Positions 60,891 to 64,000 of a stretch of DNA of 64,000 bases are shown in pieces. A program made the position numbers and the translations under genes. This DNA comes from Stegostoma tigrinum (Eukaryota). The number at the start of each line of letters is the position of its first letter. The first letter of the stretch is position 1. The stretch spans positions 57,516,477 through 57,580,476 of the forward strand of contig NC_081369.1 of assembly GCF_030684315.1 (NCBI RefSeq), written 5' to 3'. Under the pieces are notes generated by a model. The model saw nothing but the letters and a program-made list of their open reading frames with translations, was not told the DNA's origin and did no database searches.

Positions 60891-61260
60891 AAGGTAATGG
60901 CCTAGTGGTATTATCGCTCAACTGTTAATCCAGAGACCGAGATACCGTTCTGGGGACCCAGGTTCAAATCTCGCCACAGCAGGTGGTGAAAGTTGAATTC
61001 AATAAAAAATACCTGGAATTAACAATCTAATGATGACCATGAATCCATTGTCGATTGTCAGAAAAAACCCATCTTGTTCACTAATGTCCTTTAGGGAAGG
61101 AAACTGCTATCCTTACCTGGTCATGGCCTCCATGTGATTCCAGACTCACAGCAATGTGTTTGACTCTAACCTTCCCTCTGGGCAATTAAGGATGGGCAAT
61201 AAATGCTGCCCAGTCAGCGACACCCTCATGCCATGAATGAATGAAAAGGGAAAAAAAAAT
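60891..61260 (+). mobile_element. tRNA-derived SINE whose 3' tail matches the LINE at 17800-19236
   Basis: A box tggcctagtggta, B box ggttcaaatc; tail gggcaattaaggatgggcaataaatgctg...gcgacaccctcatgccatgaatgaat plus A-rich end. Confidence 0.85.
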
Positions 61261-63097
61261 ACAATGAACGGTGGGAGATCCACAGCCCCTTGGGCCAACC
61301 GTGTTCGCCAAAATTATGTGCACTCACAAACCTGACTGTTTTCGATATGCTATGAGGTGTGTACCTGGTAACCTCTTTCTCCAAGCTCTGGTGAGTACAA
61401 ACTTCTGCACTTACTTGACTTCATTGCAACTGAGGAAGTTCTTTGAGTGAACACCGCCACTGTCGGTGGTAAAACTTCACCAGATGGACCATCTCGTGAG
61501 AAGGCTGTATCGTATGTAGTCTTGTCATTCTGAAACATTTACAAAGCTGTATGATACCATTAGGTAGCCTGAGCGAGGCAGCCACATTTGCTGAGTTGTG
61601 GGGGTGTGGTGCAAATGGGGTTCAACTGAAAATGGGTCAGCAATGGAGACGCGGCTCAAACAGGAAAGGTCCATGGAAAGTTGGGCTGGGTGGAAAGGTC
61701 CAGCAGGGAATTGAACTTAAAGGGAATGGTGGTCTGGGGTCGCTGGATGGATCTTGGATTTGGAGGGAGAATGCAAAGGGAAGAATTGTAGAGACAGGGG
61801 CAAGGAGAACAAGGAAGGGTTGGGAAGGACATGTTGAAGTTGGGGACACCACTGGGAGTAATTTGGGATGCGACTTGCGGAGGAGGAGCAGGGAACTGAA
61901 TGAGGTGTGGTGTAAGAGTTCGGTTCAGTATGGGCACCTGGATGGAAGTAGGAACAGGAATATAGAGGGAGCTAATGAATCAGCCAATAATCGCAGGGAG
62001 AGTTTGAAGGGATAACAGAAGAAAGGAGGAGAAAGCCATCTGCAATTGGTGGTGGTGGTGGGGCAGTGTGAGGAGGAATGTTTGCTCATCATGGAGTGAG
62101 TAGAGGGTTAAAGAGTCAAGGGAAATGTGTGGAATCACTGTCTTTCTGAAGATAATTTCCCACACAACTAGAGAAGAAATTACTTACATCTGCCAACAGG
62201 CAGTTCTGCAGCTGCTTGGGTAGGGGTTGCATCAATATGCCTCTGGCACTGAAGGTGACACCTGCGCTGAGTCCCTCGCTGTTGGTTCCTTTCAGTCTCC
62301 CAATGGACTGCCTATATGGGCATTTGTGACTTCACCAACACCGTTTGCAGGAAAGCAAAGCTATTGTCCAAATCACCATGTGCCCAGGGAATTGAGGACC
62401 CTGAGTCAGTGGATTTGCAGCCATTGCTGGATTGCCACAGCTTCAAGACTATTAACTGGATTTATGATGCTCAGTGCTCCCTTGCTGAGATATAAAGAGG
62501 CTACACCATCCAAATTGGCTGTCAAAACCCAAACATCTTTCTTAAGTTGCCAGTTTCCAGAGGACAGCAGAGAATGACAACCTTAGCACTGTGTGTATTT
62601 CTACATGAGATGTGCTCACTGAGGATGACCTTAGCATCTCAATGTAATCTACAAAACAAATATAAGTCCCTGGAAGTTTTACCAGATTGAAAGAGCCACA
62701 GCTTTATCATGCAAAATGTTTTAATTGTTATAATTCCAATGCAACAGATTCTGTCAGGTCATTTTGTGTTGACCCCCATAGCCAACCACTGGCCAAGCTA
62801 CTCTTATCAGCTGGCCTGGTTCCTGTTGCCGTCTCTTAGGAAAAGCATTGCTGTTCTCTCCTGGACAGTCTTCAGGAGAATATCTCGGGAGGCATTGCTG
62901 AACCTGTGGTGCTGGTTTTGCCAGAATACCTGACATCTCCAAGAGTGGGAGAGGTTGATGATCATAGGGAGAGTGATGCTCCTGGGTTGCAGAGAGCTAT
63001 GTGTGGTCCAGCTGCCTTTCAATTCAGTTTGAGCTCAGAAGGTTCAGCAGAGGGCAGTACACCCTGCCCATAATTTTTTTGAGCCATAATACCAGAA

Positions 63098-64000
63098 GAC
63101 CATAAAATGCAAGGGCAGAATTAGACCATTCAGCTCAACAAGTCTGCTCTACAATTCAATCATGGCTGATTTGTTTCTCGACCCCATTCTCCTGCCTTCT
63201 GCCTGTAACCTTTGATCCCCTTACCAATCAGGAACCTATATATCTCTGTTTAAAATACACTCAATTACTTGACCTCCACAGCACTCTGCAGCAATGAGTT
63301 CCATGGATTCACTCCCCACTCTGGCTGAAGAAATTCCTCCTCATCTCAGTTCTCGAGGGTTGTCTCTTCACTCCGAGGCTGTGCTCTTGGGTCTTAGTCT
63401 CTTCTACCACTGGAAACATCATCTTCACATCTACTCAACCCAGGTTTCTCAGTATTTTGTAAGTTTCAATCAGACACCCCTCATCCTTTTAAACCCCATC
63501 AAACACCCCATAATCTTCATCCGCCTCTCATATCACAAGCCTATCATCCCCGGGATTATTCCTGTAAACCTCCTCTGGACCCCCTCCAATGCGAGCACAT
63601 CCTTTCTTGCGCACAGGGCCCAAAACTGCTCACAATATTCCATATGTGGTCTGAACAGAGCCTTCACAACCTCAGCAGTACACCTCTGCTCTTGTATTCT
63701 AGCCCTCTTAAATGAATACTAACATTACATTTGTCTTCCTAACTGTTAACCTTAGGAGAATCCTGAAGTCGGACTCCCAAGCCCTTTTGTGCTTCAGATT
63801 TCTGAAGCCGTTTCCCATTTAGATAAGTGCCTACATTTCTATTCTTCCTGCTCAAGTGCATAAGCTCACACTTTCCAACTTCGTATTTTATTCGCCAAAT
63901 CTTTGCCCATTCTCCTAGTCTGTCCAAGTCCTTCTACAGTTCTCTTCTTCCTCAACACTACCCATCCTATCTTTGTGTCATTTGCAAACTTAGCAACGTG
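63098..64000 (-). mobile_element. CR1 LINE 3' portion running off the window end
   Basis: ORF 63739-63927 (DRLGEWAKIW.I...VGKCE.MH); tgtgtcatttgcaaactt is the KFA(N/D)DT motif on the minus strand; 3' UTR near 63100. Confidence 0.88.

Noticed and set aside
61551-63060. 154-aa Gly-rich ORF and possible LINE-like relics
   Set aside because: No convincing motif; too degenerate to assign to a family by eye

Overview
Eukaryotic, repeat-rich vertebrate DNA. The repeat content (HE1-like V-SINEs, Deu-domain SINEs, CR1 and Penelope-like elements) points to a cartilaginous fish, probably a shark; this is an inference. The window lies inside one + strand gene. Six GT-AG exons (4285-4390, 17595-17732, 24103-24256, 38414-38509, 40062-40210, 59616-59788; 816 nt) splice in frame. 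They encode the zinc-binding catalytic motif, disintegrin-like domain, first thrombospondin type-1 repeat and start of the Cys-rich domain of an ADAMTS16/18 protease, most like ADAMTS18. The introns hold CR1, CR1/L2-like and Rex1/Babar LINE fragments, four SINE families and Penelope-like elements. The most striking feature is about 25 short Penelope-terminus-derived inserts of two sequence families. They carry a minimal type I hammerhead ribozyme motif (CUGANGA-A-stem II-GAAACGU[C/U]), are mostly fold-back palindromes, and in several cases are flanked by 10-15 bp target-site duplications, so they appear to have inserted as units. One sense-strand copy with an intact core lies about 260 nt downstream of the exon encoding HESGH. 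Most short ORFs in the supplied track are repeat-derived or spurious. Exon boundaries were read base by base; repeat boundaries are approximate and were not checked against a database.
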